DNA of 64,000 nucleotides from Geosiphon pyriformis uo1 (taxonomy: Eukaryota > Fungi > Glomeromycota): assembly GCA_016748015.1 (NCBI GenBank), contig JAAOMT010000762.1:671401-735400 (forward strand), given 5' to 3'. Positions 14,201 to 25,912 of this stretch are shown here, piece by piece (positions within the stretch are counted from its first letter, which is position 1; each line of letters begins with the position of its first letter). The notes beneath the pieces were generated by a model, which worked only from the letters and a program-made list of their open reading frames with translations, was not told where the DNA came from and made no database searches. Position numbers and translations under genes: made by a program.

Positions 14201-15470
14201 TTGCTCCATACATTTAAAGCTGTATTAATCCAATTGTTGTAATAATGAGTTTATCAAGAAAGAGATAAACAAAATGAAAGATCTTGGATTCATACAAAAA
14301 ACCAAGAGTGAATGGACTTTCCCAGTTGTAGTGGTATCTAAGAAAGGTGGAACTCTACACTTTTGTGTTGACTACCACCAATTAAATGCTATTATTATAA
14401 GAGACATGTACCTATTCCCCAAAATTGATGCAATACTAGACAAATTCAATAGTGCTGTTTTCTTTTCAATTATTGACTTAACTGCTGGATTCTGGCAAGT
14501 AGAGATGGATCCAGAAAGCAGAAAAAAAACTGTCTTTATCATCAAGTATGGCATCTATAAATTCACAATTATGCTTTTTAGTCTCACAAATGCTCCTCTC
14601 ACTTTTCAACGCTTAATGAACAAGATGTTTGAATCAGTAAAAAAAAACTTTGTTCTAGTTTACTTGGATGATATAATAGTATACTCAAAAACCTGGGATA
14701 AACACCTTGAACATTTGCAAAAGGTTTTTGACCTGCTCAGAAATGCTGGCCTTAAAATCAACCCAATCAAATCTTTCTTTGAACACCAATCCACCCAGTT
14801 CTTTGGTTATCTTATTACAAAAGATGGAATCTTCTCTGATCCAGCCAAAGTTAAAAAAGTTCAAAACATTAGACAATCAATGAATGTTCCTAAACTATGC
14901 TCTTTTCTTGGTTTGGCTTCTTACTATTGCAAATTCATTAAAGATTTCTCCAAAATTGCGCTTTCTCTCAACCAGCTATTCAGAAAAAATGTTAATTACC
15001 ACTGGGGTACACACCAGCAAAAAGCCTTTGAAATCCTAAAGAAAAAACTTGTTACTAAACCAATCTTTAAGCAATCTGATCTGGACCAATCTTTTATCCT
15101 TCACATTGATACATCTGGTTATGGACTTGGTACTGTACTTTCACAAAAAGATGAAGATAGCAGAAAACATGCTATTATATATGCCAGTAGATCTCTCATA
15201 CTAGTGGAAAAGAACTATTCAGTAACTAAACAAGAATGTTTAGTAATAGTTTGGACTACTAACTATTGGAACCAATATTTTCTTGGTGCCAAATTCCTGG
15301 TAATAACAGATCATCAAGTCTTGGTTTGGCTGCGCAATAAAAAAAATCTGGAACATAAATGGATAACTCACTGGATACTTCATCTGGATGAATTCAACTA
15401 TAATATTCAACACCACAAAGGAGCTAATCATCAAAACACCAACATTTTCTCTAAACTTACCATCCAATAA
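11237..15470 (+). pseudogene. gag-pol: Element A Gag-protease-RT-RNase H polyprotein (stops and frameshifts)
   Basis: Capsid (FRGDTQDPIEWL), CCHC knuckle CYCCGLTGHFSRDC, protease LILDSG, RT FCVDY/DLTAGFWQ/YLDD, RNase H DTSGYGLG/TDH. Confidence 0.95.
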
Positions 15471-16003
15471 CAGTACAATCTTTTAAACCAAACCAACTTA
15501 ATTATTAATAACTCCCTCATAAACAAATACAATAATGGACTTAGACAACTATTCTGTCTTAATGGAATTTTTGGATAAAGGACAATATTCACCAGACTAC
15601 ACTCGACAACAAAGAGAACATTTATGCAAACAATCAAATTTCTATTTGATCTACCAGAACCAGTTATACAAAAGAAACAGAAAAGATCTTGACTGCCTCC
15701 AAAAAGTCATAAGATTTGAAGAAAGAGAAATTGTAATCTACAATATGTATACTGATCCATTAGCTGGACATTTTGGAAAAACAAAAACAATCCAGAAAAC
15801 TTTAGCTCATTACTATTGGCCTATCTTAGAAAAAGACATTGCTGAATACATCAAAATCTGTGACATTTGCCAAAAAAGAGGCAAACCCAATTGCAAAAAA
15901 GATATCCATTCAATCTTTGTTGGTTAACTATTTGACAGAATTGGTATAAATATTGTTGGACCTTTAATAATAACTCCTAATAGCAACAGATACATTATTA
16001 CAG

Positions 16004-16979
16004 TGTTACCAGTGGAATTTTAACTATTAATTAGCATGAAATTATCTTCATAATTTTTATTATTAAGTAGCATATTATTATTATTTCGATTATCACTTAT
16101 TAATTAGCCAAATTATCAAATATTATTACTTAATCAATAATCCGATTTGTACTATAGAAATTAAGATAATCAAATTACACAATACCTTGAACCATTTAAT
16201 ATAGTCAAAATTTGCCGAAATTAATGAAAAAATTGCTGAAATAATTAATAATTCATAGAAATAACTTATAGTTTGCCGAAATATATCTTTAGTTCATCCA
16301 AATTGTAGAAAAAAGAAAAGTGTAAGTTCAAAGACTAATACTACAACAAGTTGTATAAAAAAAGAGCTTTTCTCTTCAAGAAAATGTATCCTTCTCATAT
16401 CTTACCATAGTATTTTACTTTGAATATCTTAATTGAAACAAATCACTTTTTTTTACAAAACCAAATAAAAATTAAAAATATTTGAAAACCAAATCCCTAA
16501 AATTATTACACTTGAAATTCTCTTAAAACACAACTAACATTTTAAAATTGATTAGTTATCAATTTCAATAAGCTGTTAGTGACTCCAGGCCTGAATAGAA
16601 AACGTTTTCCTTGATAAAATTCTATTTCTTTTATATTTCTTTTATTTTTATTTATTTATTTTATTGCAATCATTAAAGTAGCCTACAGACGAGATTCCTG
16701 TAGAAGAGTTGACTTTTACAGTAAAGTAATTACACATTTTTAGTAAGCTTCTAAATGAGCAATTCCTGGGAAAGAATTGACATTTACTACAATATAACTA
16801 CATAAAGTAACTGGCAAGAAATTGGCCATTCCATTCATAAGCCCAGCAGTTCAAATTATAGGAGATAATTTGAAGATAAATTCAGTTATTGGAGGTTCAA
16901 CTACTTATAAAAAACGTGAATTTACAACAAACAGACATTAACAACATTTAGGAAAAGAGACCAAAAACCTCTGGTAACA
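16004..16979 (+). repeat. 5' LTR of element B
   Basis: TGTTACCAG...CTGGTAACA inverted termini; direct repeat of 24943-25912. Confidence 0.96.
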
Positions 16980-16981
16980 TT

Positions 16982-17000
16982 TGGTGCTCTCCCATGGAAT
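16982..17000 (+). promoter_or_regulatory. Primer-binding site of B (TGGTGCTCTCCCATGGAAT)
   Basis: TGG starts 2 nt after the LTR; geometry matches the complement of a tRNA 3' end; differs from the A/C PBS. Confidence 0.8.
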
Positions 17001-17023
17001 AATACAGCAACAACAAATTCAAA

Positions 17024-20000
17024 GTGGTGACCACACTAGACATAGCAATTCTAGAGTATTATCAGTCAATTTACACCCACTGCAAACAAAGATTCAACAT
17101 CCCAGACGGAATTAAAGTTGTCAAGAAATCAGTATACCAATACATTGAAAACTGTATCAACAATTATCTTTTTAGAAACTACAACATTTCAGAAGTGAAA
17201 AGCAACCTCTACAATAATTTAGTGCACTATTCACAATTAGAAACAGAAAACCTGAACAGTGAAACACTTGCTACCTACTTTTAAGAACTTAATTTTAACA
17301 TTATTGAGTATTGTGAAAAAAAATACTCAGTACAGTTCAAATACTCTTTTGACTTTAAATCAGAAACTGAATCAAGCAACAAAGGCAAACAAAAAATAAA
17401 ACAATACTCAAAAACCACTCCAAACACTCCAATACTACCAAAGACAACTGCCAAACACTTGCAAACACCTAAACAAGAAACCAGTGTCAAATTACCACTT
17501 TCTATTATACCATTTCCAATTTCACTTATTCAACCACAAACACTAAGTTCACTACTTAACCATTTCTTCAGACCAGAAGACTTTCAGTTACTTAGGAATC
17601 CTATTCAATAGCAGGAACCAATATCAACAAGTACCAATATCATTGATTACTTACAGGAAATCGAAAGTAATTCTTCAGAAAACTTGGAAAGCAAAGAAAC
17701 TAAATCTGAACAAGAAGAAACTATAGAAAACAAAGAAGAAATGGCAACTGCTTATATTGCAAAGATTTCAGAATTTACTGGAGAAGATAATGATACCAGT
17801 CCTCAAGAATGGCTTGACAAAGTTCAAAAAGCAAAAGATGCAAATGGGTGGAATGCAGCAAGAATGCTCAAAGCAATCCCATACTTTCTCTAAAGAACTG
17901 CAGGAGAATGGTTTGAAAACTTAGAAGAACCATTTAAAGATTGGCAAGCATTCAAAAATACTTTTCTACAACAATTTACTGACAAAAACACCTCTATTAC
18001 TCTCAGAAACTGCTTTCATAATATCAAGCAAGAAATATCTAAAACTGTTATGACCTATTTTGGAAGATTCAACAAACTTCTCAGACGAATTTGACAATTG
18101 GAAACCAATAACTACTATTCTAATACTCAGATTTTGAACCAGTTTATAGCAGAGTTAAAAGATAAACTAATTAAAAAAGTCCACTCACATGCTCCAGCAG
18201 ACTTAGCAACTGCCATTAGACATACAAAGAGCTATGAAATGGCAATGAAAGAAGCAAATTACACCAAGCTTGTAAATCTTGCAATTGGAAAAACCAGCTC
18301 AGCAGCTAAAGAGAAAATAGACCAACTCACAAAGAAAGTTGAAAGCTATTTTACAAACCAACAACAACAGTAGTAACAACCACAAAGATATCAACCCCCA
18401 CAACAATGCAATTAAAACAACTTTGGATTACCATTTAACAACCAACTTCAAAATTGTCATTATTGTAGAATTTCAGGATATTGGAAATGAGATTGCAGGA
18501 AATTACAAAGAGACCAACAAAACAGGAGTAATCAATGTTACTCTTCACTACAACAATCTTATTACCAACCTCCACCACCAACTTATTACTCACCAAGACC
18601 ACAAAACTAAAACAATTACTATCAACCAGCTTTACAGCCAATGCAGCAACAATATTAGCAACCTTTACCAATTCAGCAATATCAGACACCACCCATTCAA
18701 CAATATCAAGTACCAGCCAGAAGATTGGTTCAACATGACCAATTCACACCCCAAAATCAATTTCAGAATAACAACAACAGAATCAATCTAAATAACCAGT
18801 TGGTTCTTCGAAATTCTGGTCAGCAAAGACCCAATTATTATCATACTCAACCCAGTTATCTTACAATGCCTGAAGGATCGAATTTTCAACAACCTGCACT
18901 TTCTGAAGGTAAAGCTGCAGCACCAAGACAAAATCCTTCCAACAATACAATCCCATCAGCCCAAATTGTTCAAAATGCCAACCTCTCAGATATATTTCCA
19001 TTCGAATTTGAAGCAAATGAATCACCATTCTTGCTCAGTAATGCAGCAGCTAATGAACAAAAAACTATTACTGCCATGTATACTGAAGCTACAGTAGAAG
19101 AAAAACCCATCTGACTAATTCTAAACAGTAGATTAGCTGGTAGTATTATCATCTACCAATTAATGCAACAGCTTTAAAAAACTGTTGACAGACCAGCCCA
19201 AACTGTAATTGTTACAGCAGATGGTATGAAAAAGACACCAGTAGGAGAAATTGACAATTTCCCATTTACCATTGATGAAATCACCATTTCAGTCAAAGTT
19301 TTAGTCATGAATGCACCCCAATACCAAGCTTTGGTCAGAAATGATTGGCTTCTTAAGGCCAATGCAAACTTAGATTGAGAAATTCAAGAACTAAAAATCT
19401 CATACCAAGAACAATACACCATAGTATCTGCTACTTGTAGTATTTTCAACAAACAATCAGAAAAAGCCCTAGTATTTGAATTTGAAGAGAAGAAGGAAAT
19501 GCCACTTACTGAAACCTACATGGCTCTTGGATTAACATCCAATTGGGCTGAGAAAACAGAACAAGAGATTTTTAAAGAATCAAGAGGATGGAAGAAAGTT
19601 AGATATTCTACTTCAGAACCACAAAAACAACCATCTTATATTCCACTTAAATGCAAAGATTGCAACAAGAAACTTTCATCAATGAGAGCATGTATTTCTC
19701 CAGAAGAGAAATATGAAACTCATACCTGCTACTTTTGCAAAGCATACCATAAAAAATGATTTGGATATCCTAAAAGGAGTGGAAAATGGAACAACACTTC
19801 TTGTCTTACATGTGGAAATATGCTACCAGAAGAATGCAACTGAATTAATGTTGCAATGAAAGGAGAAGTATGTGATCAGACCTGTCAATATGCTCTATCA
19901 ATTTCGGAAAAAGTCAGAAAAAAAGCATCATTTAATGCAATATACAACAGTGCTCTCAATAAACTCTACTACTACTCTCATAATGCTGAAATGATTTTTG

Positions 20001-22648
20001 ACTTAGCAATGACATTAATCAATAGAGCCACTCAAGAAGATGTCTGCCAAATGAAGGAAACTGAATACATTGAATATACTATGGAATTAGCTGGATTTGA
20101 TTATAAAAATGAAGTAGAAACCTACCACCAAATTGCAAGCCACACTTATTCAACCCAAGAAGCTCAAATTTAATAATTAGAACAAATGAACATTCAATTG
20201 TGTAAAGAATGTATCATGCTTTGTGATGACAAATAATGTCCAGAATGCTATGCTTTTAGTATTTTCTTACCCAATGAAAATGACCAGAAAGAAATCGAAT
20301 TTGAGAAACCTGAAACAAAGAAAAAAATCACAACAACACCAATCTATCTTACTCAAAACCAGCCTGCTATACAACTCAAATACTTTGATAATAATAGGCA
20401 AGTAATAAAACCAAAAAAAGGCTACGAAATTAATGCAGGATATAACCTCAGATATTCAGAAAAAGATACTTTGGTTCTCCAACCAAAATCTTTAACAAAA
20501 ATCAATCTTAAAATTGCTCTTGAAATTCCACCTGGAGCAATGGTTCAAATTGCATCCAGATTATTGTTGGCAAGCAAAGGAATCAATATTAGAGGAGGAG
20601 TTATAGATGCAGGATACATTGAAGATATTACCATCCTGTTGCAAAATGAAACAGACAAACCATTTAAGATTGAACATGCTGAAAAAATTGCTCAAGCAAT
20701 TTACCTACCCTTAATCAATATTTCGGGTTTACAATCAGTTAACAACAGAGAACAATTGGGAAAAAGTAAAAGAGAAATGCAAAATTTTGGTTCAACTAGA
20801 CAATTTACAGTTCCAGTAAACATAGCTTTTAATACACAAAATGAATCTTACCAGATTTTTCAACTTCCCCAACCAATTACTATTTCACCTTTTGGAGAAT
20901 ATCACGAAATTTACACTTGCTTAAAACTCACCACTACACAACAAATCTTTAAATCCAATAAACAAATTTGTTTGAAGCATGAAATCTCAATTCCAAACGT
21001 TTATATTCCCAAAGAAATAAAAAAATTTTGAGTTACATTCTACAACCCCAATAATTACCCTATTGTTTTATTAAACAAATTAGAGATTGGAATCATACAC
21101 AGCAATATTTTTCAAAATGAAAACTCTCAAATTGTCTCTAATTTCATCGAAATTGTAAGGCACACTCTATTCCCAAATCCAAATATCAGTCTCATTACTG
21201 AAAACTACCACCTTTTGGAAGAAAAACTCTCTCAAATCAATATGGGTTCCTTAGAACCTCAACAACAAAGACAATTGAAACAATTGATAGTTGAATTTGC
21301 AGATATATTTGCAAAAGACAACAATGACCTGGGAAAAATGGATATTGTTTAACATCAGATCTATACAGAAGATGCTCTACCAAAATGTCAACAAGCTTAC
21401 AGAGTGCCATCTGCCAGCCACCAATTCATTAGAGAAGAAGTTCAGAGAATGCTCAATAACGAATTGATTCAACCATCAAGAAATCCTTGGGCCTTACCAG
21501 TAGTCTTTGTCAAAAAAAAAAATGGAAAAATCAGATTTTGTGTTGACTATTGCCAATTGAACAGTATGACAATTGGAGATGTCTACTCTCTTCCAAGAAT
21601 TGATGACATGCTAGATGCTTTAGGAAAAGCCAAGTTCTTCTCAACTTTGGACTTGGAAAGTGAATACTGGCAAGTCGAAATAGACCCAAAAGACTGACCC
21701 AAAACAGCATTTACCACTCAGGAAGAAAACTATGAGTTCAATGTTATGCCTTTTGGACTCTGCAATGCACCAGCAACATTCCAGCAACTCATAAATGTTG
21801 TATATGAAGGACTCTTGTGGCAATCAGTAGTTGTCTATCTTGATAACATTGATGTATACTCACCAAGCTTTGAAGTCCATCTCATTCACTTATAAGAAGT
21901 TTTTCAACGATTACAGAAAGCAGGATTAAAGTTAAACATTAAGAAATGTCACTTTGGAAAAACAAGCTTAATCTTTCTTGGACACATTGTAAGCAAAGAT
22001 GAAGTCAAACCAAACTCTGTAACAATCAGTGCTGTCAAAAACTTTCAAACTCCCAAAAATACCACAGAGCTACAAGGATTTGTAGAATTAGCCTTCTACT
22101 ATTGGAAATTCATCAAAGGATTCTCAGAAATTGCCAAACCACTCAATTATCTTACCAACAAAAATGTGTCATACAAATGGGCAAAAGAACAACAGAAAGC
22201 TTTTGAAACTCTCAAAACAAGATTAACAACAGCCCCAGTTCTTGCTTATTCAGACTTCAACAAATGGTTCCAACTAGCCACTAATGCTTTACATATAGCA
22301 TTTGGTGCCATCCTATTACAATTGGATGAAAATGGCCAGGAACAAGTTATTGCCTATGTCAGTAGAACACTCAAGCCAACAGAACTCAAATATGACTTAA
22401 CTGAATTGGAAGCTGCTAGGGTTATTTGGGCTCTTAAACATTTTCAACAATATTTGAAGAATGAAAAAGAATTTGACATCATAACTGACAAAATTTGTCT
22501 CAAATGACTCAATAAAAAGAAAACTGAACAAAGTGCCAAACAGTCACAATAGAATAACTTCTTAGCAGACTACAAATATATTGTACACCACAAACCAGGA
22601 AAACTATACACTAATGTTAACAGCCTCTCAAAAATAAGACAATATTAA
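17024..22648 (+). pseudogene. gag-pol: Element B single-frame Gag-PR-Cys-rich-dUTPase-RT-RNase H polyprotein with many nonsense mutations
   Basis: ORF fragments at 17024, 17684, 18098, 18725, 19499, 19856, 20471, 21404 and 22166 share one frame. Capsid FTGEDNDTSPQEWL, decayed CCHC knuckle, protease, RT RFCVDY/LPRIDD, RNase H. Confidence 0.94.
20402..20797 (+). pseudogene. dut: dUTPase domain within element B pol
   Basis: All five trimeric dUTPase motifs, in decayed form: AGYNL, SRLLLA, GGVIDAGY, EKIAQAI, REMQNFGST. Confidence 0.92.
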
Positions 22649-22715
22649 TACTAACATCAACACCAACAAAACACCAACAAACTTAACAGCAGAACAAACA
22701 ACAAAATCAACAACA

Positions 22716-24100
22716 ATGGATCCAGAAAACTACAACAACATCAAAAACTATTTAGAGACTCTCACCATGCCAGAAAATTGGTCTCCAAGTGAAAAACATC
22801 GATTACAACACCAATCCAAACAATATTTTATACACCACAACAAAATTTATTACAAAAATCATAAAAACCCAAACCAACCACTCAGATTAGTACAGGAAAA
22901 TAAAAAAGAAACAATTCTATACAACATGTACACAGATTTTTCTTCAGCACACTTGGAAAGAGATAGAACAATTCAAAGAACTCTTGAACATTATTTTTGG
23001 CCTCACATGCAAAAAGACATTTGACAATATGTAGAATCTTGTGATAGTTGTCAAAAAAAAGGAGGAACTCACTCCACAGAACTTTAAATCCAATCAAAGT
23101 TGAACAATCTTTTAACAGAGTTGGAATTGATTTAATCGGACCATTATCTATTACAATCCAAGAAAATTACTATATTGCAATAGCAGTAGATTATTTTACC
23201 AAATGGCCTGAAGCCAGAGCCATCCAAAGAGCAAATGCAAAATCAGTAGCAAATTTCATCTATGAAGACATTATTTGTAGACATAGATGCCCAATTGAAC
23301 TTTTATCTGATCAAGGAACACATTTTGTAAACAACTTGATACAAGAAATTTGTGAACAGTTTAATGTCAAAAGACTTCTATCATTACCTTATTACCCTCA
23401 AACAAATGGACTTGTAGAACGTTTCAACAGAACATTGTGTGAATCTTTAGCTAAAGTCTCAACAGATTTTGAGCAAAAATGGGATATCTTTATTCCATCA
23501 GTGTTACTAGCATACAGAACACTAAAACAAGATACTATGAAACACATACCATTTGATCTTACTTATGGAAGGACAGCAACACTACCAATTAATTTCACAG
23601 TAGAAACATACTTAGTACAACCAATCAATGAAAAAAACTTTCAAGAAACACTCCAAAGAAGGGCCTATACTCTTCTTAGTACACTGGAAGGAAAAAAAAG
23701 GATAGCAGCAACTTACATTAAACATTTCCAAGCTCAACAAAAAGAAAGACATAACAACAAATTACCACCCATTATCAACGAATTTAAAGTTAGAAATAAA
23801 GTTCTCTTACACAGAACTAAGGCTGAAAAACAATGGAGTGGAAAATTTAAAAACAAATGAGATGGACCATTTTATATCTACGAAATTCTAGGCAATGGAT
23901 TATACAAGTTAAGACTTAATAACAAAATACTAGCAAAAGTTGCACATAGAGACAAATTGAAACACTATCATTCCAGAAACAATCCTAAACCATTAATTCT
24001 ACAAATTGGTACACATTTCTTTTTAATTAATCCTGAAAATATTCCCCAAAATTTAGAACCAATAATCATAATAGAACAACAACCAAACTTGAATACTTAA
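22716..24100 (+). pseudogene. int: Element B integrase, separate ORF
   Basis: Own ATG (MDPENY); VGIDLIGP, VDYFTKWPEA, SDQGTHF, PQTNGLVERFN, DGPF; ends NLEPIIIIEQQPNLNT*; no chromodomain. Confidence 0.94.
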
Positions 24101-24263
24101 TTCAACATAATTTTACAACAATTTTTATATAACCCACAAAACATAAATCAAAAATAGTATAATTACAAAGAAATATTTAAAACCCAAAAACAAAAAAAAA
24201 CCCTATACCCAAAAATAATTTTCTTTATTCTTTTCAAACTTTGTTATTAATTAGTCATTTTAT

Positions 24264-24908
24264 CATGATTATTTCCCGAAATATTCAACAAATATCCCAA
24301 AAATTAATATTAACTTTGAAAACACTTTCTAACTTGTCTATAATGATTAATGGAAGTCAAATTAAATACATTCAGAAAAAAACCACAGCCCCAATAGCAA
24401 ATCATTCACAGAACTATCACCCCTATAGAAGAAAAACAAGAAGCCACTCTGAAAATAGGTTACCAAGACTTTTGAAGCAAGCACTAAAAGAAAATTTTTT
24501 AATTGCCCCTATTGATATTCCACAATACAACAAAAACTTCTACTACTTCTCAATAAACAGAACAATGAACACACTCCTATCTATAAATACTTTCACATTG
24601 GAAAGACATTTTATGAACAAAAACTGGAACTTGAAGCAACCAACATCACTCCTGAGACTGTACAAAAACAAATTCACAATGAATTTAAGACAGCAGCTGG
24701 ACCAACAAACACTTGCTACAAACTTAGAGCAGCTTTTAGACTCTATGATTTGTTTAACACTTGCAAAAATGTCCTACAAAATCCAATACTGCAACCAATG
24801 AAAGTTTAATACATTGGCAAACTCACAGAACTGAAATTTCAACAATTTTCAGACCAAATCACTTCAATTATTCTGGACTATTATTTTGATATCACAGATA
24901 GTGCTTGA
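24264..24908 (+). pseudogene. Element B ORF3, accessory protein of unknown function
   Basis: The frame containing 24582 reads YKYFHIGKTFY...KLRAAFRLYDLFNTCKNVL...YIGKLTELKFQQF, homologous to element C ORF3. The supplied 24241 ORF is a different frame over this part. Start uncertain. Confidence 0.7.
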
Positions 24909-24942
24909 ATTTCGATGGAGCTCAGTCTTGAGGAGGAGATTA

Positions 24943-25912
24943 TGTTACCAGTAGAATTTTAGCTATTAATTAGCATGAAATTATCTTCATAATTTTTATT
25001 ATTAAGTAGCATATTATTATCATTTCGATTATCACTTATTAATTAGCCAAATTATCAAATATTATTACTCAATCAATAACCCGATTTGTACTATAGAAAT
25101 TAAGATGATCAAATTACACAATACCCTGAACCATTTAATATAGTTAAAATTTGCCGAAATTAATGGAAAAATCACCGAAATAATCAATAATTTGTAGAAA
25201 TAACTTGTAGTTTGCCAAAATGTATCTTTAGTTCACTCAAATTGTAAAAAAAAGAAAAGTGCAAAGACTAATACTATAACAAGTTGTATAAAAGAAGAGC
25301 TTTTTTCTTTAAGAAAATGTATCCTTCCCATATCTTATCATAGTATCTTATTTTGGATATCTTAATTGAAACAAATCACTTTTTTTTACAAAACCAAATA
25401 AAAATTAAAAATATTTAAAAACTAAATCCCCAAAATTATTACACTTGAAATTCCCTCAAAACACAACTAACGTTTTGAAATTGATTAGCTACCAATTTCA
25501 ATAAGCTGTTAGTAACTCCAGGCCTGGATAGAAAACGTTTCTTTTGATAAAATTCTATTTCTTTTATATTTCTTTTATATTTCTTTTCTTTTCTTATTGC
25601 AATCATTAGGGTAGCCTACAGACGAGATTCCTGTAGAAGAGTTGACTTTCACAGTAAAGTAACTACAAATTTTTAGTGAGCTTCCAGACAAGCAATTCCT
25701 GGAAAAAAGTTGACATTTACTACAACATAACTACATAAAGTAACTGGCAAGGAATTGGTCATTCCACTCATAAGCCCAGCAGTTCAAATTATAGGAGATA
25801 ATTTGAAGATAAATTCAGTTATTGGAGGTTCAACTACTTATAGAAAACGTGAATTTACAACAAACAGACATTAACAACATTTAAGAAAAGAGACCAAAAA
25901 CCTCCAGTAACA
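24943..25912 (+). repeat. 3' LTR of element B
   Basis: Direct repeat of the 5' LTR, preceded by the PPT and followed by the TSD. Confidence 0.96.

Larger units (their letters stand above)
16004..25912 (+). mobile_element. Ty3/Gypsy LTR retrotransposon B with dUTPase, nested in the integrase of A
   Basis: LTRs 16004-16979 and 24943-25912, TSD ACAG (16000-03 / 25913-16), PBS at 16982, PPT gaggaggaga at 24930-24939. Confidence 0.97.

Noticed and set aside
15539-15546. Ty1-like CTT-AGG-C +1 frameshift site (CTTAGAC) at the start of A integrase
   Set aside because: Imperfect match, lies downstream of the Pol stop, and has no equivalent in B or C.
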